Positions 20,811-29,004 of a stretch of 64,000 nucleotides of DNA are shown here, piece by piece. Each line of letters starts with the position of its first letter. The first letter of the stretch is position 1. A program made the position numbers and the translations under genes. The notes below the pieces were generated by a model that saw only the letters and a program-made list of their open reading frames with translations, was not told the origin of the DNA and searched no databases. Origin of the DNA: Terriglobia bacterium (lineage in GTDB: Bacteria; Acidobacteriota; Terriglobia; Acidiferrales; UBA7541); the NCBI GenBank assembly GCA_963695545.1, contig OY968796.1, positions 2,368,001 to 2,432,000 of the forward strand. The letters are read 5' to 3'.

Positions 20811-22118
20811 GTGTCCGCGCCGAATCGCGCACGAGCGCCTTCCACGTTCATCGTCCCCAGTTTGCGCTGGTGGATCATCACGCTGGTGTTTCTCGCCACG
20901 GTGATCGGCTACATCGACCGGCTAACGCTGTCGGTGCTCGCTCCGGTGATTTGCGCGGACCTGCATCTCACGAATCTTCAATACGCGACGATCAGCACGT
21001 CGTTTCTGTTTGCGTACTCGCTCAGCATGTTTCTCTTCGGCCTCGTTCAGGATCGCGTGGGCACGCGCATCGGCTTCGGCGCCGCGATGATCGTGTGGTC
21101 GCTTGCCGAACTCGGCCACGCGTTCGCGCGCGGTTTGGCGAGCCTGAGCTTTTTCCGATTCTTGCTGGGCATCGGCGAAGGGGGACATTGGCCCGCCGCG
21201 ACTAAAACGGTAGCCGAGTGGTTGCCGGCGCGCGAGCGCGCGCTCGGCATGGGCGTGGCCAATTCCGGCGCCGCACTTGGGTCGGCGATCGCTCCGCCGC
21301 TAATCGTTTGGATGCAGCTGCATTACGGATGGAAGGCCACGTTCGTAGCGACGTCCGCGCTCGGCGCTTTCTGGCTCGTGCTGTGGTTCACGACGTATGA
21401 AATTCCCAACCGGCACCGCTGGCTCGGCGGCAAAGAGCGCGCGCTGATTGAATCCGGCAGCGCGAAGGCGGATACGCGGATTCCGCAGAAAATGAGATGG
21501 GTTGAGGTTCTGCGCGACCCGAACGCGATCGGCATCGTCATCGCGCGTTTTTTCGGCGATCCCGTCTGGTGGCTGTATCTGATTTGGCTTCCGCTCTATC
21601 TGACGACGGCGCGCGGTTTCACCTTGAAAGAAATCGGCATGTACGCGTGGATTCCGTACATCGCGGCCGATCTCGGCGCGCTTTCGGGCGGCTGGATGTC
21701 GGGCCACCTTTTGCGCCGCGGCTACTCCGTGCTGATGGCGCGCGGCGCGGCAATCGTGTTGTCCGCGGCGCTCACTCCCGCCGCGCTGCTTGTTGCCGGA
21801 GCGCGCACTCCGGCCGCGGCAATTTTCTTCATCAGCGTTGTGCTCTTCGCGTTTCAATTCTGGATCGGCAATGTGCAGACGTTGCAAAGCGATCTCTTTC
21901 CGTCCGATCGCGTTGCTTCCGTTGCCGGACTTTCCGGCACATCCGCCGGCCTCGGCGCGATTCTGTTCACTCTGCGCACGGGCTGGGTCGTGGATCATTT
22001 TTCTTACGCGCCCATTCTTTTCGCTTCGGGTTTTCTTGTCCCGCTCGGTACGATCATTCTGTTTGTTTTTCTGCGAGCTTCGGGCCGCGCTTCGGCGCAA
22101 TCGCGGGCTAAAAATTGA
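20811..22118 (+). CDS. MFS transporter, ExuT/hexuronate-like (ACS family)
   Basis: RWWI..L.FLATVIGYIDR, RFLLGIGEG, EWLPARERALG, DPVWWLY..WLP. Start approximate. Confidence 0.85.
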   Translation: MSAPNRARAPSTFIVPSLRWWIITLVFLATVIGYIDRLTLSVLAPVICADLHLTNLQYATISTSFLFAYSLSMFLFGLVQDRVGTRIGFGAAMIVWSLAELGHAFARGLASLSFFRFLLGIGEGGHWPAATKTVAEWLPARERALGMGVANSGAALGSAIAPPLIVWMQLHYGWKATFVATSALGAFWLVLWFTTYEIPNRHRWLGGKERALIESGSAKADTRIPQKMRWVEVLRDPNAIGIVIARFFGDPVWWLYLIWLPLYLTTARGFTLKEIGMYAWIPYIAADLGALSGGWMSGHLLRRGYSVLMARGAAIVLSAALTPAALLVAGARTPAAAIFFISVVLFAFQFWIGNVQTLQSDLFPSDRVASVAGLSGTSAGLGAILFTLRTGWVVDHFSYAPILFASGFLVPLGTIILFVFLRASGRASAQSRAKN

Positions 22119-22139
22119 TCGGAAGAGCAACCAAGAGGT

Positions 22140-22226
22140 TGGTGCGGAAGGAGGGATTTGAACCCCCACGACCTTTCGGCCACAGGATCCTAAGTCCTGC
22201 GCGTCTGCCAGTTCCGCCACTTCCGC
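22140..22226 (-). tRNA. tRNA-Leu(TAG)
   Basis: Reverse complement GCGGAAGTGGCGGAACTGGCAGACGCGCAGGACT-TAG-GATCCTG...GTTCAAATCCCTCCTTCCGCACCA; long variable arm, encoded CCA. Confidence 0.96.
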
Positions 22227-22399
22227 GTTGACCGGAGTATAGCATCGCCGCCGAAAGCCGCGGCTTAGGCCGAAAACGCCGTCGGCCGAGCCGTGGGGCC
22301 GGACAGCCACTCGACGCCGTTCGGCTTGCGGGCGAATGGCGCATTTGGTAGCCTTCCCGCCGTCACGACGATTTACCTCGGCCTGGAAGGAGTGTACCC

Positions 22400-23335
22400 A
22401 TGGCTATCTGCAATAAGTGCGGTGCAGGTGTTCCGGATGGACAAGCTTTCTGTTCTCACTGCGGGCAGCCAATTGCCGCGACAGCGCCCGCGCCGCAGCA
22501 GTATCAGGCCCCGCCCGCGCCGCCTCGCGTCGGGGGAGCGGCGGGGATGGGCTTGCCGGCGGCGATCGCCGCGTTGCTTACCCCGATGGGGCTCGCGCCG
22601 CTCGTTGCGACGCTGCTTTGCTGGATCGGCTGGTTTCTTTTGCCAGGGGTCAGCGTGGGCATTTCGTCGTTCATGCTGGGATCGCAGTCCACGAGCTATA
22701 CGCTGTGGGACGCTTTGGGCATTACGGGCAGCGCGATGGGTGGACTTGGCAACGGCAGCGCTGGTTTCCTGGGATTCATCGTGGTGGTTTGCCTTCTGAT
22801 TCCGTTCGGTGTCCCGTTCGTTCCCATGCCGTTCGCAAAGATCGCGCGGTTCGCTTATGGAGCGCCGCTACTTGCGTTCTTGGTCGGATGGCTCTCGATT
22901 GAACACACGGTGAGCCAGGTTACGTCGATGTTGAATTCCACATTGGTGGGCACGGGGGGCGCCGGCTTCGGAATCAATGCTTCGTGGGGCGTCGGCACCT
23001 ACCTGGTCGTGCTCGCGAGCCTTGCCGCTGCCGCATGCATCGTTCTGCCAATGTTAATGCCGAAACTCGCAGGCACAGTTGCGGCACCGGCCGCGCGCGC
23101 CGCGGCGCAAGCGCCTCCAGCGCACGCGCAGCCGCCGGCCTACGCACCTCCGGCGCAGCCCGCTTACCGTCCGCCACCGCCCGCGTATGCACCCCCAGCA
23201 CCACCGCCGGCTCATGTTGCGCCGCCGGCCGCGCCCGTCGCGAACCAGGCTACCGGATTTTGCACAAGCTGCGGAGCACCGCGCGCGCATGGATCGCAAT
23301 TCTGCACCGGCTGCGGCGCACGATTCGCGACGTAG
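22400..23335 (+). CDS. Zinc-ribbon membrane protein (N- and C-terminal CxxC ribbons, Pro/Ala-rich linker)
   Basis: CNKCG...FCSHCG, several hydrophobic segments, FCTSCG...FCTGCG. Confidence 0.8.
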   Translation: MAICNKCGAGVPDGQAFCSHCGQPIAATAPAPQQYQAPPAPPRVGGAAGMGLPAAIAALLTPMGLAPLVATLLCWIGWFLLPGVSVGISSFMLGSQSTSYTLWDALGITGSAMGGLGNGSAGFLGFIVVVCLLIPFGVPFVPMPFAKIARFAYGAPLLAFLVGWLSIEHTVSQVTSMLNSTLVGTGGAGFGINASWGVGTYLVVLASLAAAACIVLPMLMPKLAGTVAAPAARAAAQAPPAHAQPPAYAPPAQPAYRPPPPAYAPPAPPPAHVAPPAAPVANQATGFCTSCGAPRAHGSQFCTGCGARFAT

Positions 23336-23462
23336 GCCGTCTTCCGCGCGAGCGGCGGGGCGACGCTCATTTTCTGGTCGCCGTAGCGCTTGCGGGTAGC
23401 GCGGGCTTTTGGTAGCCTTCCGCCCAACTGCCGGTCCCACGGCAGCTCGAAGGAGACGCTCG

Positions 23463-24050
23463 ATGGCTTTCTGCGGCAAGTGCGGTGCAAGCAATCAAGA
23501 TGGTGTCGCCTTTTGTGCGCGTTGCGGCCAACCGCTCGCGGCGGGCCAGGCCCCGCCTCCACAGCATTACCAAGCTCCGCCGCCTCCGGCGCAATACCAG
23601 CAGCCGGGCGCGCCGCCGGCGCAGTATCAGCAGGCTCCCGCACCTGGCTCGGGTGGCACGGGCCTTGAGGAAAACGTCGCGGGCGCGCTCGCCTACGTTC
23701 TGGGCTGGGTGACGGGAATTATTTTTCTGATCATCGACAAGCGGCCCTCTGTGCGCTTCAATGCCGCGCAATCGCTGGTGGTGTTCGGCGGCGGCGGGAT
23801 CCTGGTGATCCTGATCGGGATCGTCACCGGCGGGGGCATGTTCTTCGGCGGATTCGGCGGCTTTGGCTTTGGGCCGGATATGGGTTTCCGATACATGCTG
23901 GTGATGCTCGGCATGGCTCTGAACGGGCTGCTTGAGTTGACGATGTTTGTGCTCTGGATCGTGCTGATGCTCAAAGCGTATCAACACCAGCCGTTCCGAG
24001 TTCCTATCGCCGCGGGCATCGCCGATAGCTTGGTCGGGAAGGTGGGATAG
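23463..24050 (+). CDS. Zinc-ribbon + DUF4870/Tic20-like membrane protein
   Basis: FCGKCG...FCARCG; GLEENVAGALAYVLGWVTGIIFL...VRFNAAQS...KAYQ. Confidence 0.8.
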   Translation: MAFCGKCGASNQDGVAFCARCGQPLAAGQAPPPQHYQAPPPPAQYQQPGAPPAQYQQAPAPGSGGTGLEENVAGALAYVLGWVTGIIFLIIDKRPSVRFNAAQSLVVFGGGGILVILIGIVTGGGMFFGGFGGFGFGPDMGFRYMLVMLGMALNGLLELTMFVLWIVLMLKAYQHQPFRVPIAAGIADSLVGKVG

Positions 24051-24248
24051 AGCCGCCTGCCGCTTTTCAATCGGTTCGCCAAACTCGTTGTGCGCCGGTG
24101 CGGTCCGCAAGTGGCGCGGAACTGCACCGGCGCGACACTCGCCTGCGGCGCTTGACTTTCCCCTTCCGGGCGTCCATCTTTTAACGCTCTTTTGTGGTTT
24201 GTCCTCCGGCATGATGCCGGAGCGGGAGTGCTGCGCGTGCCGGCTCCG

Positions 24249-25202
24249 GTGAAAGTTCGGCTCTGCTTCCATAACCACTGCTTCGACGGTGCGGCTTCGT
24301 CGGCGGTGTTCATGCGCTTCTATCGCGAGCGCATCGAGGCCAATTCCGAATTCCATTTCACGGGCATGGCGCATCGCGCCTCGGCCCTTTTTGAGGAAGG
24401 CATTTTTGATGGCGATGAAAACGCCATCGTGGATTTCAAATATTCGAGTTCGCCGCGCGTCACCTGGTGGTTCGATCACCACCAGAGCGCGTTTCTGAGT
24501 CCCGCGGACGCCGAGAATTTTCGCCAGGATCATTCCGGCCACAAGTTCTACGACCCTTCGTACAAATCCTGCACCAAGCTGATCGCCAACATCACCAGCG
24601 CGAAATTCGGTTTCAACGCCGCGCCCCTGGCGGAACTCGTGCATTGGGGCGACATTATTGATGGCGCGCAGTTCGCTTCGGCGGAAGTGGCCGTGGCCAT
24701 GCGCGAGCCCGCAACGCAACTGGCTCTGGTGATCGAAGCGGCGCCGGATCCCGAATTGCCGGCGCGGCTGATCCCGGAAATGGCTACCCGCCCGCTGGCC
24801 GAAATCGTCAAGTTGCCGTTTGTCCAGCAGCATCTGGGGCCCCTGCTTGAGCGGCATCGCCGCACCATCGAATTGCTGCGCGAGCGTTCGGAATCGCGCG
24901 GCGGCGTGATTTTCTTCGACGTGAGCGATCTCGATCTCGAGGGCTACAACAAATTTATTCCGTACTTGCTGCACCCCGAGGCGCTCTACACCGTCGGCGT
25001 CAGCGCTTCGCCGACGCGCGCCAAAATTTCGCTCGGCTCGAATCCGTGGAAAGACGAGGCGGCCGAGCAGAATCTGGCCTCGATCGCCGAAGCTCACGGC
25101 GGCGGGGGACATCCACGCGTCGCGGCGATTTCGCTCGAACCCGGCGACATCGAGCGCGCCCGCCGCGTCGCGCGAGAAATCGCCGCCGTGCTGCGCGGCT
25201 AG
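24249..25202 (+). CDS. DHH/DHHA1 family phosphoesterase
   Basis: HNHCFDG, IVDF, WFDHH, GGGH. Start approximate. Confidence 0.85.
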   Translation: MKVRLCFHNHCFDGAASSAVFMRFYRERIEANSEFHFTGMAHRASALFEEGIFDGDENAIVDFKYSSSPRVTWWFDHHQSAFLSPADAENFRQDHSGHKFYDPSYKSCTKLIANITSAKFGFNAAPLAELVHWGDIIDGAQFASAEVAVAMREPATQLALVIEAAPDPELPARLIPEMATRPLAEIVKLPFVQQHLGPLLERHRRTIELLRERSESRGGVIFFDVSDLDLEGYNKFIPYLLHPEALYTVGVSASPTRAKISLGSNPWKDEAAEQNLASIAEAHGGGGHPRVAAISLEPGDIERARRVAREIAAVLRG

Positions 25203-25329
25203 GCTCGGTTTTTCTCCACGCGCCGCTGGACGTTTCGCGCGCCGCGCCGTACTCTCGGAACAGAGTTTTGCGTTCTCGGGCGCGGCGGCAACACCAATGC
25301 TCACGCTGGATGCATCTAACCTCCAAATA

Positions 25330-25423
25330 CGCTCCGCGCAGATGATTAGAGCAATGCGCTCCGCGCAGACGATTAAAGCAATGCGCTCCGCGCAGACCGG
25401 TAAAGCAATGCGCTCCGCGCAGA
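25330..25423. repeat. 27-bp tandem repeat, about 3.5 copies
   Basis: CGCTCCGCGCAGA starts at 25330, 25357, 25384 and 25411. Confidence 0.95.
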
Positions 25424-25433
25424 GCGGCCGCTC

Positions 25434-25736
25434 ATGACAACTCCTCCGAGTGAAAAGAATGTCCGCGAACGCCGCTTGAAGATTGCGCAGCCGGTGCGCA
25501 TCCGCGCGGAAGACTTCGGCGATTCGGTGCAGATGGGCGAGACGCTGAACATGACGCGCAGCGGGCTGTACGTGGTCTGCCCGGAGAGTCCTTATCACAT
25601 CGGCATGCACGTTCACTTGATCCTCGGCTATCGTACGGGCGACCCGGTGCAGCACGAATGGTTGGCAGAGGTGCTCCGGATTGAGCGCCTGGAAGACGCG
25701 CGCTGGGGCATCGCGATGAAAATTCTGCTCCGATAG
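25434..25736 (+). CDS. PilZ-like domain protein
   Basis: RERR...T.N.TRSG.Y pattern resembling the PilZ RxxxR and (D/N)xSxxG motifs; 100 aa. Confidence 0.6.
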   Translation: MTTPPSEKNVRERRLKIAQPVRIRAEDFGDSVQMGETLNMTRSGLYVVCPESPYHIGMHVHLILGYRTGDPVQHEWLAEVLRIERLEDARWGIAMKILLR

Positions 25737-25761
25737 TGGCGCCAGCAGGGCCGACGTCTGG

Positions 25762-26083
25762 CACCCCCCTCCCCCCGGTGTTTTTTGGAAGTGTTGAATC
25801 TAAACGACTTTAAATCCTTATTCCCAGAACTGCTCATTCTAAAGGACTTTAAGTCCTTATCGGCAGAACTGCTCATTCTAGTTGACTTAAAGCCATTAAT
25901 AATGAGCGAGATGTGGGTTTGCACAAAAATCATGGAAGTGTGGATTCTAAAAGAGTTGTGGGCGCGGAGATGCAGAAATGCGCCATTTATGGGGTGTTTT
26001 GGGAGGCGTGGATGTTTGCAAATCACGCCGAATCATAGCACATTTATACTAGACGCGTCAATATAACTTTTGAGTTATTCGAA
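25762..26083 (-). other. AT-rich non-coding element, copy 2, containing a 39-bp tandem repeat
   Basis: CCCCCCGGTGTTTTTT left end; units at 25788, 25827, 25866 (period 39) and a fourth motif at 25935; right-end promoter and TTGAGTTATTCGAA box as in copy 1. Confidence 0.6.
26032..26061 (-). promoter_or_regulatory. sigma70-type promoter TTGACG-N18-TATGAT with extended -10 TG
   Basis: Reverse complement reads TTGACG cgtctagtataaatgtgc TATGAT. Confidence 0.6.
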
Positions 26084-26264
26084 TAGACCGTGGGGAGGAT
26101 TGGTTCGAAGAGTTGTTTCGAAACGCCGGATTTGCGACGCCCCAGCGAGCCTCGCGCGAACTTGTGGCGCGCGCCGGCATCGGTGACGATTGGGTGCGCG
26201 GGCGTCGAACGCAAATCGCGACCTTCATGCCATTACTTCCGACGTGTTATGATTTCTGGCTCGT

Positions 26265-26339
<75 letters not shown>

Positions 26340-26534
26340 CTTAACTCTTTTTCAAATCGAGAGTTACAGTGGATTTTCTTCCCGCAATCAAAAGACGTTG
26401 ATTTCGGTTGTGCCCAATTTTGTGCCCGCCTGCATTCGCTACGGTCTGCGATGGTTTTCCGGCCAGCTTTGAGAATGCACGATCGATCGCATTGTTCTGC
26501 GGATGCACGCACCGCCGAGTCATCGCAAGCGACG

Positions 26535-27236
26535 TCATCTGTGGACCCGTTTGAAGTCGAAATAAGCCAGATTCATGTTGCCGTTCGTCAATATGTGCAC
26601 GGTGACAACGTTTTTCCCTTTGTTGAGGCGAACTTTGAAAAGTTGCGGCGCCAGATTCCAGTGGTGCCACTGGCGCCAGGCCACCGGCTCCGCAGGATCA
26701 TTTGTAGAGATGATCTCCAGAGGCCCTGTCGCATCCTTTCCATTCACATCAACGGATATTGTTCCGCCGCGATTCGATGTGTACAAGAGATCGGCCGCGT
26801 ACGTTCCCGAATGTGTCACATCTACAGTGATGTTGAACCACTCTCCGGGTTCGGTCCAGCCAACATAGAGCAGGTCTGCAGGAGGAACAACCTTGTCGAA
26901 CGGGTTGTCGTCAATCGCGGTTGGCTGGCGGTGAAACTTCGTGTAGGAAGTATCCACTCCCTCATGCATACGAAATTCGTTGAGGTAGGTCCCATCGGCC
27001 GGGTTCAACTCTCCGCTGCCGTGATTCTCTGGATCGCTGTCGTGATACGCGATCCCTTCGCCGCCCAGGTCATAATAGGCGCACAATACGCGTCCCGGTA
27101 TTTTTTGTGCGCCGCCCTGGTACTGGCTGTCGTGATAGGGCAGACCTTTATACTGGCTCAAGAATGATTGGGAAAACGCGATTGCCGGTAGCATCGAAGC
27201 CGCTACGAAGCATAAGAACAACACTTTCCGGTTCAT
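26535..27236 (-). CDS. Secreted carbohydrate-binding (CBM6/35-like) protein
   Basis: Signal peptide; IPG...YDLGGEGIAYHD, VGWTEPGEW.NITV, NMNLAYFDF. Confidence 0.75.
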   Translation of the reverse strand: MNRKVLFLCFVAASMLPAIAFSQSFLSQYKGLPYHDSQYQGGAQKIPGRVLCAYYDLGGEGIAYHDSDPENHGSGELNPADGTYLNEFRMHEGVDTSYTKFHRQPTAIDDNPFDKVVPPADLLYVGWTEPGEWFNITVDVTHSGTYAADLLYTSNRGGTISVDVNGKDATGPLEIISTNDPAEPVAWRQWHHWNLAPQLFKVRLNKGKNVVTVHILTNGNMNLAYFDFKRVHR

Positions 27237-27322
27237 CCTGCCTCCCTGAGTAGCGGTAGCCTGTCTGCAGTTGCGCAACTCCAGCAATCAGCGGTAGCGA
27301 CGGCTCACGCAGGCTCCGAACT

Positions 27323-28564
27323 TCAGACTTGGAAAAGTTCGATGCCGCGCGCTTTCCCGAGATTGCGCGAGTACTTCTTGTCTGTCCCATTATTCCAATG
27401 TTCATGTACGCCAAGGCTGCGGCAGCGGATACCGTCGCGTTCGGGATCATAGAAAGTCTTCGAAGGTGGGTCATTCGCCAAGGCAGATTCGCGCAGGTAG
27501 TTATCGGCATTCGCGATATCCGGAAGATCGGACCATTCCGAAGTGAGAAAATCGAAGCCGACGGAATCGATCGCTACGCCGTCAGACGACATAAAAATGC
27601 TGCTCGGCCAAGCATCGTTGAATGGCGCCATCTTCCACTTGCGATGAGGCGGACCATCCGCGTTGTCGCTACCATAGAGCCCATCAACAATAAAAAGGAC
27701 GGTTTTCTCGCCGAGGTCTTTATGACCCAAATAATCTGTGAAGGCAGCATAGCTTGCCGATCCATCGCTGTTGTGATGGAACCCGTCGTGCGCGTTCTTG
27801 TGCCAGTCGGGGTTGATACTCGTAGCGCCGAAGAGATTCTTCGCGCAGAGTGTCACCCCTGAACTCACATGCCCTTTCAATAGGGCAGCATCGATTAAGT
27901 AGGTGGCCTCAACCACCGTGGTGTCGAGTCCCTTGGCGTTGCGGCTTTCGACTGAGAAAGGAATCGCGTTGGCTTTGAACTCGGCCATCACTCGTCCATC
28001 CCCCCCGACATGGTCCACAAACGTGACGCCGGGAAATTCATGGTGAATCTTGTCGTAAAGATTGCCCGGGATGAATCGGCTGGAATCGAAGATGGCGATC
28101 AATGATTCCGGCACTCGTCCCGGGCCGGTCAACTGTCGGACGAGCGAAAGGATCAATTGGGGCGAGGAGTTCAGCCGTTCGATCGTGCCATGGTCCGTTG
28201 TGTTGTTCAGGTTCGGCTTAATCGCGATTTTTTCGCCCGTCCTGTATCCATGGTTGCCGCGACCGTGAGTGCCATTGAAGTATTGAAAGATGGAGTTCCA
28301 TGCGTGGGCGTCGCTTTTTTGATTCGTAAGACCCCGAATGGATCGGGAAACCATGCGGTCGATTGCAGACTGGTTATTGTTGGCATCGGTCCACCACGAA
28401 CCTGTGCCATCCCAGGTCACAGCCGCCGGATCGTGCGCCCAAGTGACTCGGCCGGGAACGATGCCGCGGGGAACTCCTAATGGGGAAAGCGGCTCGAATA
28501 AGGAGGGCCTCAGGTAGGTGGCAGCTGCAAGTGTCAGGGCGAATTGTCGGCGCGTCATGTCCAT
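27323..28564 (-). CDS. DUF362 domain protein with Tat-like signal
   Basis: MTRRQF; KIAIKPNLN, LKGH..GVTLCAKNLFG, D.VAIDSV. Confidence 0.8.
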   Translation of the reverse strand: MDMTRRQFALTLAAATYLRPSLFEPLSPLGVPRGIVPGRVTWAHDPAAVTWDGTGSWWTDANNNQSAIDRMVSRSIRGLTNQKSDAHAWNSIFQYFNGTHGRGNHGYRTGEKIAIKPNLNNTTDHGTIERLNSSPQLILSLVRQLTGPGRVPESLIAIFDSSRFIPGNLYDKIHHEFPGVTFVDHVGGDGRVMAEFKANAIPFSVESRNAKGLDTTVVEATYLIDAALLKGHVSSGVTLCAKNLFGATSINPDWHKNAHDGFHHNSDGSASYAAFTDYLGHKDLGEKTVLFIVDGLYGSDNADGPPHRKWKMAPFNDAWPSSIFMSSDGVAIDSVGFDFLTSEWSDLPDIANADNYLRESALANDPPSKTFYDPERDGIRCRSLGVHEHWNNGTDKKYSRNLGKARGIELFQV

Positions 28565-28896
28565 TGTGACCCGCTCCTCTCGCACAAAATCTCGGAGTTG
28601 CGTGAATCAATTTGCCTGAAAGCGCAGAAACCGCCACCGCCGCCGCCGCTTCACAGGCAGCACCGTCTTGGGTTGGAGACCGGCAGTTGCAGCGCCGGAC
28701 CCTTGAACTGCCCAGTGAATTGTACCTGACGACGCATGTACAATCCGCAACTAGAATGGCCGCGAACTCCCCAGGCGGGGATGGTATATGTGACTTTCCA
28801 GAACGGGGCGAAGAAGGCAGCCGGCGATGAAAGCGCCGGGTAAGGTGACTTTCATAGACACGCCAATAGTGCCAACACTGGGGTATTCGGTTTGGC

Positions 28897-28923
28897 GGAA
28901 CATTTGATCACTCGGTTGCGTCT
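28897..28923 (+). promoter_or_regulatory. ECF sigma (RpoE-like) promoter GGAAC-N17-CGTCT
   Basis: GGAAC atttgatcactcggttg CGTCT, about 80 bp upstream of the permease start. Confidence 0.5.
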
Positions 28924-29004
28924 CACTCTATGGTCGGCGCTGCGTCTAAAGTTTAATCGGGCCATCTCGAATCACATTTGCGCGCGGAGCATACGGTCAA
29001 CGGC

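Noticed and set aside
25330..25960. Possible CRISPR arrays (27-bp and 39-bp repeats)
   Set aside because: Units are contiguous with no unique spacers, and no cas genes are present in the window.
25785..26066. 93-aa ORF with 13-aa repeats
   Set aside because: TTG start, no clear RBS, atypical composition, and no equivalent ORF in copy 1 of the element; treated as non-coding.
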